A DNA stretch of 64,000 nt, from NCBI GenBank assembly GCA_965221125.1, contig CBDCRW010000003.1, forward strand, positions 416,001 to 480,000, given 5' to 3'. The notes below the pieces were generated by a model. The model was not told the DNA's origin. It saw nothing but the letters and a program-made list of their open reading frames with translations, and made no database searches. Position 1 is the stretch's first letter. Each line of letters starts with the position of its first letter. Made by a program: the position numbers and the translations under genes. Positions 10,085 through 19,609 of the stretch are shown here, one piece after another. The stretch is from Alphaproteobacteria bacterium. Lineage in GTDB: Bacteria; Pseudomonadota; Alphaproteobacteria; UBA828.

Positions 10085-10108
10085 CATGCGGACGAACGCG
10101 GGATGACG
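10085..10108. repeat. Degenerate half of an alphaproteobacterial GTCAT...ATGAC palindromic (REP/RPE-like) element
   Basis: ...GCGGACGAACGCGGGATGAC resembles the right arm of this family; lies at the right edge of the R-M island. Confidence 0.4.
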
Positions 10109-10141
10109 CGGGCCACGGGTCCGCAGGGGGGATAGCCAAGT

Positions 10142-11410
10142 ATGGACATCATTCTGAAGAACGCGCTCGTCGCGCACGAGGACCAGCCCGTGCGCGCGGC
10201 CGACATCGCCATCGAGGGCGAGCGCATCGTGGCCGTCGAGCCGGGGATCACGGCCGAGGCCGGCGAGACCATCGACTGCGCGGGCCGGCTCGTCTCGGGC
10301 CCGCTGATCGACCCGCACGTCCATCTCGACGCGGTGCTGACCGCGAACCTGGAGCCCAACGTCTCAGGCACGCTGCACGAGGGCATCGCCGTCTGGGGCC
10401 GGCAGAAGAAGATCCGCGACCTCGAATCGGTCAAGGCGCGGGCGAAGCAGGCGATCGACTGGGAGATCGCGCAGGGCGCGGGCTTCATCCGCACCCACGC
10501 CGATACCTCGGACGAAGGCCAGCTCTCCATGCGGGCCCTGCTGGAGGTGAAGGACGAGGTGAGCGACCGGGTCGACCTGCAGATCGTGGCCTTCCCGCAG
10601 GACGGCATCCACTCCCACCCCGGTGGCCCGGCGCTGTTCATCCGCGCGCTCGACATGGGGCCGGACGTGATCGGCGGGATTCCGCACAACGAGGCGACGC
10701 GGGAGGCGGGCGTCGCCAGCCTCAAGCTGATCTTCGACGAGGCGGAGAAGCGCGGCCTGCTCATCGACGCGCACTGCGACGAGGTCGACGACCCCAACTC
10801 GCGCTTCACCGAGGTGATGGCGCACGAGACCTACTACCGCGGCATGCAGGGCCGGGTGACCGCGAGCCACTGCGCCGCCATGCACTCCTACGCCAACGCC
10901 TACGCCTTCCGCCTGTTCGGCTGGCTCGAGAAGGGCGGGCTCAACGTCATCGCCAACCCCTTCGACAACCTGATCCTGCTGGCGCGGGAGGATTCGTACC
11001 CGAAGCGCCGCGCGATGACGCGGGTGAAGGAGCTGTGGCAGGCCGGAATCACCGTCGGCATCGGCCACGATTCGATCATGGACCCGTGGTATCCGCTCGG
11101 GCGCGGCGACATGGTGCAGGCGGCCTCGCTCGCGCTCCACGTCTGCCAGATGTCCGGCACGGCGGAGATCGACGCCTGCTTCGACATGGTGACCTGGAAG
11201 AACGCGGAAATCCTGGCGCTGGAGGACTACGGCGTCGCGCCCGGCTGCCAAGCCGACCTCGCGGTGTTCGACGCCTCCAGCAAGGCGGACGTGCTGCGGA
11301 TCAACCCGGCGTGCACCCACGTCTTCAAGCGGGGCAGGCTGGTCGCCGCCACCACGCCGGCGAGCCGCACGGTGATGGGCGCGGCAGTCGACCTCACGCT
11401 CGGCAACTGA
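10142..11410 (+). CDS. codA: Cytosine deaminase-like metal-dependent amidohydrolase
   Basis: DPHVHLD, LQIVAFPQDG, GGIPHNE, DAHCDE, SHC, GHDSIMDPWYPLG. Confidence 0.85.
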   Translation: MDIILKNALVAHEDQPVRAADIAIEGERIVAVEPGITAEAGETIDCAGRLVSGPLIDPHVHLDAVLTANLEPNVSGTLHEGIAVWGRQKKIRDLESVKARAKQAIDWEIAQGAGFIRTHADTSDEGQLSMRALLEVKDEVSDRVDLQIVAFPQDGIHSHPGGPALFIRALDMGPDVIGGIPHNEATREAGVASLKLIFDEAEKRGLLIDAHCDEVDDPNSRFTEVMAHETYYRGMQGRVTASHCAAMHSYANAYAFRLFGWLEKGGLNVIANPFDNLILLAREDSYPKRRAMTRVKELWQAGITVGIGHDSIMDPWYPLGRGDMVQAASLALHVCQMSGTAEIDACFDMVTWKNAEILALEDYGVAPGCQADLAVFDASSKADVLRINPACTHVFKRGRLVAATTPASRTVMGAAVDLTLGN

Positions 11411-11443
11411 GCGCGGCGTTTCGGTAACTCAGGAGAGACGATC

Positions 11444-13222
11444 ATGCAGACCTACAACGCGCCGCTTCGCGATATGCGCTTCGTGCTGAACGAGCTTCTG
11501 GACGTGGGCGAGATCGCCACGCTGCCCGGCTACGAGGACGCCACGCCCGACGTGATCGACGCGATGATCGAGGAGGGCGCCAAGCTCTGCGAGAACACGC
11601 TGCTGCCGCTCAACCGCGCGGCGGACGAGGAGGGCTGCCACTACGAGAACGGCGTCGTCCGCACCCCGCAGGGCTACAAGGAGGCGTACCGGACCTTCGT
11701 CGATGCCGGCTGGACCGGGGTCACCATGTCGCCGGACTACGGCGGCAAGGGGCTGCCGCAGCTCATCAGCATGGTCTTCGACGAGATGGTGTGCTCGACC
11801 AACCTCGCCTTCGGCGTCTACCCGCTGCTCTCCAACGGCGCCGCGGCGGTGATCGAGCTGCACGCGGCGGAGGCGCTCAAGCAGGCCTATCTGCCCCGCC
11901 TTGGCGACGGCACCTGGAGCGGCACCATGTGCCTGACCGAGCCCCATTGCGGCACTGACCTGGGGCTCATCCGCACGAGGGCCGTGCCAAAGGGCGACGG
12001 CCGCTACGCGCTCTCCGGCACCAAGATCTTCATCTCCGCCGGCGAGCACGACCTCACCGAGAACATCGTGCACCTGGTGCTGGCGAAGCTGCCCGACGCG
12101 CCGCCCGGCGTGCGCGGCATCAGCCTCTTCCTGGTGCCGAAGCGGACGCTCAAGGAGGACGGCACGGCGGGGCCGGCCAACGGCGTCTCCTGCGGCTCGA
12201 TCGAGGAGAAGATGGGCATCCACGGCTCGGCCACCTGCGTGATGCACTTCGAAGAGGCGGAGGGCTACCTCATCGGCCAGCCGCACAAGGGGCTGCGCTG
12301 CATGTTCACGATGATGAACGGCGCGCGTCTCGGCGTCGGCCTCCAGGGCCTGGGGCTCGGCGAGACCGCCTACCAGAGCGCGGCGGCCTACGCCAAGGAC
12401 CGCCGCCAGGGGCGCGGGCTCAAGGGCGCGGAAGAGCCGGAGGCCTCGGCGGACCCCATCATCGTCCACCCGGACGTGCGCCGCATGCTGCTCACCCAGC
12501 GCGCGCTCAACGAGGGCGCGCGGGCGCTCGCCTACTGGACCGCGCTGCAGCTCGACATCTCGCGCAGCCACGAGGACGCGTCCGTGCGCGAGGACGCGGA
12601 CGAGCTGGTGCAGCTCATGACGCCGATCATCAAGGCCTTCTTCACCGACTACGGCTTCGAGGCCACCAACCTCGCGGTGCAAGTGCACGGCGGCCACGGC
12701 TACATCCGCGAGCACGGCATGGAGCAGCTCGTGCGGGATGCGCGGATCAGCCAGATCTACGAGGGCGCGAACGGCATCCAGGCGCTCGACCTGGTGGGGC
12801 GCAAGCTGCCGCGTCGGGCCGGGCGCTACCTGCGCCACTTCTTCCACCCCGCCGTCGCCTTCATCGAGGAGAACAAGGACGACCCGGAGCTGGCGGATAT
12901 CGTGGGGCCCGTCGGCAAGGCGCTCGGCAAGCTGCAGACCGCGACGCTGGTCGTCGCCCAGCGGGGGCTGGGCGACCCCGAGGAGGCCGGTGCCGCGGCG
13001 TCCGACTACCTGCGGATGTTCGGGCTGGTGGCGGTCGGCTACATGTGGTGCCAGATGGCGAAGCTCGCCCGCGACAAGCGGAACGGCGACGCCTTCTACG
13101 ACACCAAGCTCAAGACCGCCCGCTTCTACGTGCAGAAGGTCCTGCCGGATTCCGCCGGGCTCTTCCTCAAGATCATGGCGGGCAAGGGCACCGTCATGGC
13201 CCACGGCGCCGAGGAGTTCTGA
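11444..13222 (+). CDS. Acyl-CoA dehydrogenase (DmdC-like long type)
   Basis: YNAPLRDMRFVL, GTMCLTEPHCGTDLG, IEEKMGIHGSATC, IYEGANGIQALDL. Confidence 0.92.
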   Translation: MQTYNAPLRDMRFVLNELLDVGEIATLPGYEDATPDVIDAMIEEGAKLCENTLLPLNRAADEEGCHYENGVVRTPQGYKEAYRTFVDAGWTGVTMSPDYGGKGLPQLISMVFDEMVCSTNLAFGVYPLLSNGAAAVIELHAAEALKQAYLPRLGDGTWSGTMCLTEPHCGTDLGLIRTRAVPKGDGRYALSGTKIFISAGEHDLTENIVHLVLAKLPDAPPGVRGISLFLVPKRTLKEDGTAGPANGVSCGSIEEKMGIHGSATCVMHFEEAEGYLIGQPHKGLRCMFTMMNGARLGVGLQGLGLGETAYQSAAAYAKDRRQGRGLKGAEEPEASADPIIVHPDVRRMLLTQRALNEGARALAYWTALQLDISRSHEDASVREDADELVQLMTPIIKAFFTDYGFEATNLAVQVHGGHGYIREHGMEQLVRDARISQIYEGANGIQALDLVGRKLPRRAGRYLRHFFHPAVAFIEENKDDPELADIVGPVGKALGKLQTATLVVAQRGLGDPEEAGAAASDYLRMFGLVAVGYMWCQMAKLARDKRNGDAFYDTKLKTARFYVQKVLPDSAGLFLKIMAGKGTVMAHGAEEF

Positions 13223-13244
13223 GGGGAGAGGCCGAGGCACGCGC

Positions 13245-14093
13245 GTGACCGAGACCCTCACCCTCGACCGGCTCGCGGGCCGGGTGGCCGACGGTGCTGT
13301 GCTGGCGCTGCCGCCGGACTATTCCTTCGTGCCGATGGCGGCGGTGCGCGCGCTGGTGCGGCGGGGCGTGCGCGCGCTCGACCTCGTCACCGTGCCGCAG
13401 GCGGGCATCGCCGCGGACCTGCTGATCGGCGCGGGCTGCGTCGCCGGCATCGAGACGGCGGCGGTGAGCCTCGGCGAGCTCGGCAACGCGCCCCGTTTCG
13501 CCGCAGCGGTGGAGGGCGGGCGGCTCGCGATCCGCGACTCCACCTGCCCCGCGATCCACGCCGCGCTGCAGGCGGCCGAGAAGGGCGTGCCCTTCATGCC
13601 GTTGCGCGGCCTCATCGGCTCGGACCTGCTGCGCGTGCGCCCGGACTGGCGGGTGATCGACAACCCGCTAGCAGACGGCGGGAGCGATCCCATCGTCCTG
13701 CTGCCGGCGCTCAGGCCCGACGTCGCGCTCTTCCACGCGCCTTGTGCGGACGAGCACGGCAACGTCTGGCTCGGCGCGCGGCGCGAGCTCGCGACCATGG
13801 CCCATGCGGCCCAAGAAACCCTCGTCACGGTCGAGGAGGTGCGGCCGGGCGACCTGCTGGCCGACGAGACGCTGGCGGCGGGCACGCTGCCCGCGCTCTA
13901 CGTCACCGCGCTGGCGGAAGCGCCGCAGGGCGCCTGGCCCCTCGGTCTCGCCGGGCGCTACGAGGCCGACCGGGAGCACCTGGCCGACTACGCCCGTCTC
14001 GCGGCGAGCGAGGATGGCTTTGCGGCCTACTGCGCCCGGCACGTGACGGGCAGGGGCACGGACGATACGACGGGGCTCATCGCCGCCGAATGA
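13245..14093 (+). CDS. CoA transferase subunit A (glutaconate CoA-transferase-like)
   Basis: AEKGVPFMPLRGLIGSD, PDVALFHA..ADEHGN; GTG start. Confidence 0.8.
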   Translation: MTETLTLDRLAGRVADGAVLALPPDYSFVPMAAVRALVRRGVRALDLVTVPQAGIAADLLIGAGCVAGIETAAVSLGELGNAPRFAAAVEGGRLAIRDSTCPAIHAALQAAEKGVPFMPLRGLIGSDLLRVRPDWRVIDNPLADGGSDPIVLLPALRPDVALFHAPCADEHGNVWLGARRELATMAHAAQETLVTVEEVRPGDLLADETLAAGTLPALYVTALAEAPQGAWPLGLAGRYEADREHLADYARLAASEDGFAAYCARHVTGRGTDDTTGLIAAE

Positions 14094-14812
14094 GCCCGGA
14101 AAGATCCGCGCTCCTCATCGACGTCATCGCCGGGATGCTGGAAGGCCTTGGCCGCGTCGCGGTCGGCGCGTCCTCGCCGATCCCCGCCGCAGCCGCCATG
14201 CTCGCGCAGGCGCGGGGCGCAGGCCGGCCGGACATCAGCCTGCTCGGCGCGCAGGCCGGCAGCGATTTCACCGACGGCGGGCGGGAGCTTTTCGACCGCG
14301 CGGGCCAGGGGCGCATCGACGCCTTCTTCCTGGGCGGCGTGCAGATCGACGGCGGCGCCAACATCAACCTGATCGGCACCGGCCCGCATCCGGCGGCCAA
14401 GAAACGCTTCCCCGGCTCCTACGGCTCCGCCTACCTCTATTTCGTTGTGCCCCGCGTGATCCTGTTCCGCGTCGAGCACACGCCACGCACGCTGGTGGAC
14501 AAGGTGGACTTCGTGAGCGCGCCGGGCACGAGCCCGCCGGAGGTGTACCGGCCGGGCGGGCCCTATGCGCTGGTGACCGGGCGCTGCGTCTTCCGCTTCG
14601 ATGCGGCGCGCGGGCGCTTCCGCCTCGCCTCGCTGCATCCGTGCCACACGTTGGACGAGGTGCGCGCCACCACGGGCTTCGACTTCGACTGCGACGCAGA
14701 CCCGCCCGTGACGCCGGAGCCCGCCGCGGAGACGATGGCGCTGATCCGCGGGCCTATCGGCACCGCGCTCGCCGAAGTCTATCCCCGCTTTGTTAGATCC
14801 CTGCGGGCTTGA
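14090..14812 (+). CDS. CoA transferase subunit B
   Basis: FFLGGVQIDGGANINL, RFPGSYGS, LVDKVDFVSAPG; ATGA overlap with subunit A. Confidence 0.82.
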   Translation: MSPERSALLIDVIAGMLEGLGRVAVGASSPIPAAAAMLAQARGAGRPDISLLGAQAGSDFTDGGRELFDRAGQGRIDAFFLGGVQIDGGANINLIGTGPHPAAKKRFPGSYGSAYLYFVVPRVILFRVEHTPRTLVDKVDFVSAPGTSPPEVYRPGGPYALVTGRCVFRFDAARGRFRLASLHPCHTLDEVRATTGFDFDCDADPPVTPEPAAETMALIRGPIGTALAEVYPRFVRSLRA

Positions 14813-14863
14813 AGCCCGCCGCGCGTCTGCCATAGTCCGGCCGGCACAGAGACGGAGGCGGCG

Positions 14864-15511
14864 ATGAAGATCGTGGTTGCGGGCGCGAACGGGCTCACCG
14901 GGCGGATCGTGCTGAGGATGCTTGTGGAGGCCGGGCACGAGCCGGTCGCCATGATCCGGGATTTTTCCCAGCGCGATGCGCTTGAGGCCCTTGGCGCGGA
15001 ATGCCGGATCGGCGATCTGGAGAAGCCCGTGGGCTACGCCGTGCGCGGCTGCCGGGGCGCCATCTTCGCCGCCGGCTCCGGCTCCAAGACCGGGCCGGAG
15101 AAGACCATCGACGTGGACCAGCACGGCGCCATGGCCTTCACCGAGACCTGCGTGCGCATGAACGCGCGGCGCTTCGTCATGCTGAGCTCCATTGCCGCCG
15201 ACACGCCGGAGCGCGGGCCCGAAAGCCTGCACCACTATTTTGGGGCCAAGGCGATCGCCGATAAGCACCTGCAGGCGAGCGGCCTCGACTACACCATCGT
15301 GCGGCCGGGCTTCCTCACCAACGAGCCCGGCACCGGCGCCATCGCCACAGGCGACGACCTCGGCCCCATCGCCAAGGAGACGCACTCCGTGACCCGCGAG
15401 GACGTGGCGCGGGTGCTGGTGGACTGCCTCGCGCTCGACAACACCGTCGAGAAGACCTTCGAGATGATCGGCGGCGAGACCCCCATCGCCGACGCCCTCA
15501 AGGCGCTTTAG
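14864..15511 (+). CDS. Atypical SDR / NAD(P)H-binding protein
   Basis: VAGANGLTG, IFAAGSG, YTIVRPG. Confidence 0.85.
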   Translation: MKIVVAGANGLTGRIVLRMLVEAGHEPVAMIRDFSQRDALEALGAECRIGDLEKPVGYAVRGCRGAIFAAGSGSKTGPEKTIDVDQHGAMAFTETCVRMNARRFVMLSSIAADTPERGPESLHHYFGAKAIADKHLQASGLDYTIVRPGFLTNEPGTGAIATGDDLGPIAKETHSVTREDVARVLVDCLALDNTVEKTFEMIGGETPIADALKAL

Positions 15512-17610
15512 CGGGGCATGGCCGTCCCGCTGGTATCGAGGACGATGCAGGCAGCGTCGTTGAGCTGGGCCGAGACGCCGGGGGGGACGACGCAGGTGGC
15601 GTCGTACTCCTCGACGATGAGGGGGCCTTCGCGCGCTTGTGCCAGGTCGGCGCGGCCGATCACGGAAGCCTCGCACCAGCCGTGCTCCGGGCCGAAATAG
15701 GCGCGCCGGGTCACGGCCCCCGGCCCTGACCCGGCGGCCTGCTCGATCCGGGGCGGCGGCGCGGTGGGGCGGCGGCCCCGGCCGAGAACGCGGAGCGTGA
15801 CCAGCTCCACCGGCTCCTCCGGGCCGGCGCGATGGCCGTAGGTGCGCTCGTGCTCCGCGCCGAAGGCTTCCTCCAGCGCGGCGAGCGCGTCGTCGTCCAA
15901 CGGGCCGTCCGGCACGGCGACGGTGAGCTCGTAGGTCTGGCCCTGGTAGTGGAGGCTGGCGTGACGTTCGATGGCGGCGGCGGGGCCGCCGTAGCCGTCC
16001 GCCGCGAGCCGGCGCATGGCCTCCTCGGCGAGCGCGTCCCACGCCTCGTTGAGCGCCGCCTTGTCGAGCCCCCGCAGCAGCGCGCGGAAGGTGCGCGAGA
16101 GGTGGTGCTCGACGTCCGCCGTGAGCAGGCCGAAGGACGAGAAGAGACCGGGCGCCGGCGGCACGACCACGCGCCCGATGGCCAGCGCCTGCGCCATCGC
16201 TGCGCCGAACACCGGGCCGTTGCCGCCGAAGGCGACCAGCGTGTAGCCGCGCGGGTCGCGCCCGCGCTCGGTCGAGACCGCGCGGATCGCCCGGATCATG
16301 TTGGAGGCGACGATGCGATGCGCGCCATACGCGGCCTCCTCCACCGAGACGCCGAGGGGGTCCGCGATCTGCCGCCTCATCGCGTCGATGGCCTTTGCGG
16401 AATCGATGGGGAGCGCGCCGCCCACGAGGTAGTCGGGGTTGAGGTAGCCGAGCGCCACGTTGGCATCGGTGATGGTGGGCGCGGTGCCGCCCTGGTCGTA
16501 GCAGACCGGGCCGGGCTCGGCGCCCGCGCTCTCGGGCCCCACGGCCAAGGAGCCGCCGGCGTCGATGGCGATGAGCGAGCCGCCGCCCGCGCCGACCTCG
16601 GCGAGGTCGATGGCCGGCATGCGCACGAGGTAGCCGGCGCCGGTCATGAGCCGGGAGCCGGTGAGGATGCCGCCGCCCACCTGGAACTCGGCCGAGCGGC
16701 TGATGACGCCGCCCTCGATCAGCGCCGCCTTCGCCGTGGTGCCGCCCATGTCGAAGGTGACGAGGTCCTCCTGGCCGATGTCGCCGGCCATGGCGAGCGC
16801 GCCGACCACGCCGCCGGCCGGCCCCGATTCCACGATGTTCACCGGGCGGAGCGAGGCTTCCTCCGCCGAGGTCAGCCCGCCGTTCGACTGCATGATGAGC
16901 AGGTGGGCGCCGGGACAGCGCTCCTCGATCGCCTTCCCCAAGCGCTCCAGGTAGGTGCGCACGATGGGGCTGATGTAGGTGTTGATGACCGTGGTCGACG
17001 TGCGCTCGTACTCCTTGATCTCGGGCAGGACGTCGTAGCTGATGCAGACGGTGCAGCCCGGCGCCTTTTCGCGCACCAGCGCCTCCAGCGCGCGCTCGTG
17101 CTCAGGGTTGGCGAAGGCGTTGATGAGGCAGATGGCGATGGCGTCCACGCCTTCGGCGAGCAGGCGGTCCACCGCGGCGCGCGCGTCGGCCTCGTCGAGC
17201 GCCTTCTGCACGCCGCCCGCCGCGTCGATCCGCTCATCCACCACGGCGCGGAGGTAGCGCTCCACCAGCGGCGGCGGCTTCTCCCACGCGAGGTCGTAGA
17301 GCCGGGGCATCCGCAGGTTGCGGATCTCCAGCACGTCGCGGAAGCCCCGCGTGCCGATCAGCCCGGTGCGGGCGCCCTTGCGCTCCAGCAGCGCGTTGCT
17401 CGCGACGGTGGTGCCGTGGACGACCTCCGCGATGGCGGCGCCGTCGATGGCATGCTCGGCGACGAGGGAGGCGACGCCTTCCATGATGGCCCGCGCGTAG
17501 TCGTCGACGCTCGAAGAGACCTTGCGCGTCGCCACCGTGCCGTCTTCGGCGAGGAGAACGATATCGGTGAAGGTGCCGCCGATATCGACGCCGATGCGGT
17601 ATGCGCTCAC
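15508..17610 (-). CDS. Hydantoinase/oxoprolinase A subunit
   Basis: IGVDIGGTFTD, VHGTTVASN, ESGPAGG, FDMGGTT, GAGGGS; GTG start. Confidence 0.92.
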   Translation of the reverse strand: MSAYRIGVDIGGTFTDIVLLAEDGTVATRKVSSSVDDYARAIMEGVASLVAEHAIDGAAIAEVVHGTTVASNALLERKGARTGLIGTRGFRDVLEIRNLRMPRLYDLAWEKPPPLVERYLRAVVDERIDAAGGVQKALDEADARAAVDRLLAEGVDAIAICLINAFANPEHERALEALVREKAPGCTVCISYDVLPEIKEYERTSTTVINTYISPIVRTYLERLGKAIEERCPGAHLLIMQSNGGLTSAEEASLRPVNIVESGPAGGVVGALAMAGDIGQEDLVTFDMGGTTAKAALIEGGVISRSAEFQVGGGILTGSRLMTGAGYLVRMPAIDLAEVGAGGGSLIAIDAGGSLAVGPESAGAEPGPVCYDQGGTAPTITDANVALGYLNPDYLVGGALPIDSAKAIDAMRRQIADPLGVSVEEAAYGAHRIVASNMIRAIRAVSTERGRDPRGYTLVAFGGNGPVFGAAMAQALAIGRVVVPPAPGLFSSFGLLTADVEHHLSRTFRALLRGLDKAALNEAWDALAEEAMRRLAADGYGGPAAAIERHASLHYQGQTYELTVAVPDGPLDDDALAALEEAFGAEHERTYGHRAGPEEPVELVTLRVLGRGRRPTAPPPRIEQAAGSGPGAVTRRAYFGPEHGWCEASVIGRADLAQAREGPLIVEEYDATCVVPPGVSAQLNDAACIVLDTSGTAMPR

Positions 17611-19448
17611 GCCCCGCTCTCGGGCATCGCGCCGCGCGAGACGGCGGGAGGCGCGGCCCAGCCGCGGGCTGCCCGAAGCTCCGCCCGGCGCGCCTCGGTC
17701 GCGGCCTCGTCGACCTGCCATGACGCACGATCGACGATCACGCCGTAGTCGTCGCGGGCGGTGGCGTCCCCGATCAGCTCGTTGCGGAGGTCGCGCAGCA
17801 CGGCTTGCGGATCGCGCTCCAGCGGGTCGCCATAGCCGCCCGCGCCCGCAAGCTCGTGGCGGAAGACGTCGCCCCGCTGGATGGTCTCGGTGAGCTTGCT
17901 CGGCAGCGGGCGCTCGCCGTTGCCGGGGTTCATGGCGTTGCGCGAGGGCTGGCCGGGGCTGCCGCCATAGAGCCCGTAGGGCCGGAAGTCGCGGCGGTCG
18001 GAGCGCACCTGCAGCAGCCCCTCGGCCTCGAGGAAGCGGTAGTCGCGGCGGAACGGCGTGCCGCCCCGATAGCGGCCGGCGCCGGCGCGGTCCGCCACGA
18101 ACTCGTAGGAGAGGATCTGCAGCGGGTACTCGGCCTCCGTCACCTCCACCGACTGAGAGGCCATGTTGGCGAAGATGTTGGAGTTGCCGTCGAGGCCGTC
18201 GGCCCAGGGCCGCGCCCCCCAGGTGCCGCAGGTGAAATCCACGTAGACGAAGGGTTTGCGCTCGTCGTCGTAGCCGCCGATGGTGATGCCCGTGTTGCCG
18301 CCGTCCGAGGCCGCGAAGACCTTGTCCGGCAGCATCATGGCGAGCGCGCCGAAGGCGCAGTCCACCATGCGAAAGCCGGTGAGCCCGCGCGCGGCGCAGG
18401 CCGCAGGGAGGACGGCGTTGGTGATGGTGCCGGGGGGCGCGGAGACGGTAATCGCGCGGAAGACGCCCTCGTTGTTGGGGATGCCCGCCGGCAGCACCGA
18501 GCGGATCGCGGTATACGTCGCAGCCTTGGTCCAGGACAGCGTGCTGTTGATCGCGCCCTTTACCTGCGCGGACGAGCCCGTCCAGTCGGCGTGGAGGCTG
18601 TCGCCCTCCTTGCGGAGCGTGACGAAGAGGCGGATGGGCTTGCCGCGGTCCACGCCGTCGTCATCGATCCAGTCCTCGAAGCTGGTCTCGCCGTCCGGCA
18701 GCGCGCTGAGCGCAGCACGGGTGAGCCGCTCGGCGTAGTCGATGATCTCGCGCAGGTAGAAGCGCGTGGCGGGCGCGCCGTGCTGGCCGACGAGTTCCAG
18801 GAACTGGCGCTCGGCGATGTGGCATGCAGCAAGCTGGGCGCGGATGTCGCCGAAGAGCTTGACCGGGAGCCGCACGTTCTTCTCGAGCAGCGCGAAGAGG
18901 GTCTCGTTGCGCTGGCCGCGCTCGTAGAGGCGGAGCGGCGGGATGCGCACGCCCTCCTGGTAGATCTCGGTGGAATCGGAGGCGTTGGAGCCCGCGACGC
19001 GCCCGCCGACGTCGGCGTGGTGGCAGACGGTCGCGGCGAAGGCGAGGCGCTCGCCGCCGTCGAACACCGGCTTGAAGATGAAGATGTCCGGCAGGTGCAT
19101 GCCGCCGTCGAAGGGGTCGTTCATCACGAAGATGTCGCCGGGGTGGATGTCCTCGCCGTAGTGGCGGAGCACCGATTCGATGGCGGTCGGCACCGAGCCG
19201 AGATGGCCCGGCAGCGTGAGGCCCTGCGCGATCAGGCGGCCGTCGCCGTCGGTGAGCGCGGTGGAGAAATCCATGTTGTCGCGCAGCACGCCGGAATAGG
19301 TGGTGCGGCAGACGGTGAGCGCCATCTCGTCCGCGATGGCGAAGATGGCGTTGCGGAACAGCTCGAAGCCGAAGGGGTCGGCCCCGCTGGTGCGCGCGTC
19401 CTCGGCCGTGGCCGCCGCCCCGCCGTTCTGTTCTACGATCGCCTCCAT
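17607..19448 (-). CDS. Hydantoinase B/oxoprolinase subunit
   Basis: NDPFDGGMHLPD, HHADVGG, EIYQEG, GAGGYGDP. Confidence 0.92.
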   Translation of the reverse strand: MEAIVEQNGGAAATAEDARTSGADPFGFELFRNAIFAIADEMALTVCRTTYSGVLRDNMDFSTALTDGDGRLIAQGLTLPGHLGSVPTAIESVLRHYGEDIHPGDIFVMNDPFDGGMHLPDIFIFKPVFDGGERLAFAATVCHHADVGGRVAGSNASDSTEIYQEGVRIPPLRLYERGQRNETLFALLEKNVRLPVKLFGDIRAQLAACHIAERQFLELVGQHGAPATRFYLREIIDYAERLTRAALSALPDGETSFEDWIDDDGVDRGKPIRLFVTLRKEGDSLHADWTGSSAQVKGAINSTLSWTKAATYTAIRSVLPAGIPNNEGVFRAITVSAPPGTITNAVLPAACAARGLTGFRMVDCAFGALAMMLPDKVFAASDGGNTGITIGGYDDERKPFVYVDFTCGTWGARPWADGLDGNSNIFANMASQSVEVTEAEYPLQILSYEFVADRAGAGRYRGGTPFRRDYRFLEAEGLLQVRSDRRDFRPYGLYGGSPGQPSRNAMNPGNGERPLPSKLTETIQRGDVFRHELAGAGGYGDPLERDPQAVLRDLRNELIGDATARDDYGVIVDRASWQVDEAATEARRAELRAARGWAAPPAVSRGAMPESGA

Positions 19449-19609
19449 GCGCCCCTCCCCCGCTCGATGCGGATGATAGCGAGGAGGGTGAGCGGGAGTC
19501 GACTCTGGCCGGGCGGCAGTCGGATTGGCCGGCGGGAGAACAGGATGGAGGCCGGTCAAAGGAAGGGCGGCCAGACGGCCGCCCCGCAACGTGAGTGAAA
19601 GTTCGGCTT

